Shown: piece by piece, positions 63,862 through 64,000 of the stretch | How positions within the stretch are numbered: position 1 is the stretch's first letter | How the letters are laid out: the number at the start of each line of letters is the position of its first letter | IMG/VR virus record: IMGVR_UViG_3300027801_002517 | Coordinates: 1-64,000 of that record | Reading direction: 5' to 3' (one strand) | Length of the DNA: 64,000 nucleotides | DNA from: a virus | Program-made: the position numbers and the translations under genes | Notes under the pieces: generated by a model | Seen by the model: the letters and a program-made list of their open reading frames with translations, nothing else | The model's database searches: none | What the model was told of the DNA's origin: nothing

Positions 63862-64000
63862 TTATCGTTCTGCGGTGATTTCATAATATATACCATTAAT
63901 TTGAGTAGTTATAACTTTTAAATCAAGTTGGGATATCATATCTGCAGTTTGTGTTACATCTGACATAGACTTACAATTTGCAACTACTTCGGATGCATCT
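63862..64000 (-). CDS. 3' end of an ORF entering from beyond the window
   Basis: Open frame DASEVVANCKSMSDVTQTADMISQLDLKVITTQINGIYYEITAER* ending at TAA 63864-63862. Confidence 0.6.
   Translation of the reverse strand, partial: DASEVVANCKSMSDVTQTADMISQLDLKVITTQINGIYYEITAER

Larger units (their letters stand above)
1..64000. mobile_element. Segment of a large tailed bacteriophage genome (tail morphogenesis module plus convergent glycan-biosynthesis module)
   Basis: Tape measure gene, tube-like gene, head-tail gene order, fibres, dense SD-led operons, SSAP and homing-type endonuclease. No rRNA, ribosomal or core cellular genes seen. Confidence 0.93.

Noticed and set aside
1-64000. Stop-codon reassignment
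   Set aside because: Very long ORFs and tight packing under the standard code; TAA, TAG and TGA all end genes.
44262-64000. Host chromosomal O-antigen/capsule locus flanking a prophage, or giant eukaryotic virus DNA
   Set aside because: No export or polymerase genes, integrase or att site seen. The cluster is coupled to phage-type SSAP and endonuclease genes, and SD motifs plus a TMP indicate a bacteriophage.

Overview
This is 64 kb of a large, AT-rich (about 35% GC by eye), standard-code tailed phage genome, probably siphovirus-like because no sheath gene lies beside the tube gene. The + strand (1-42320) is the virion tail module: a fibre with an internal 792-bp duplication, head-tail joining genes, tail tube, three putative chaperones, a 1942-aa tape measure protein (TMP), a 5382-aa mosaic adhesin-like protein (Calx-beta, high-GC RCC1-like repeats, cadherin-like repeats, LamG, split FG-GAP propeller) and tail-tip proteins. 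The - strand (42398-64000) converges on a bidirectional terminator. It carries a Zn-ribbon protein, a Rad52/Sak-like annealase, a free-standing endonuclease and an ~20-kb cluster of soluble glycan genes. That cluster includes NeuA, two NeuB-like genes, a GT29 sialyltransferase-like gene, ColD-, Per- and Fcl-like enzymes, a Ugd-family dehydrogenase, NadE and several glycosyltransferases. There are two main hypotheses. (1) Many virion proteins are strongly enriched in the Ser-Gly dipeptide, a candidate sequon for a phage-encoded virion glycosylation system using nonulosonic-acid and dideoxy sugars. (2) The TMP carries a compositionally foreign PD-(D/E)XK nuclease-like cargo bracketed by two DTVPAxLTPGEFV modules and six xxxGG motifs, a candidate swappable injected-effector cassette. 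All assignments come from motif recognition by eye and counts are hand counts; no searches were run.
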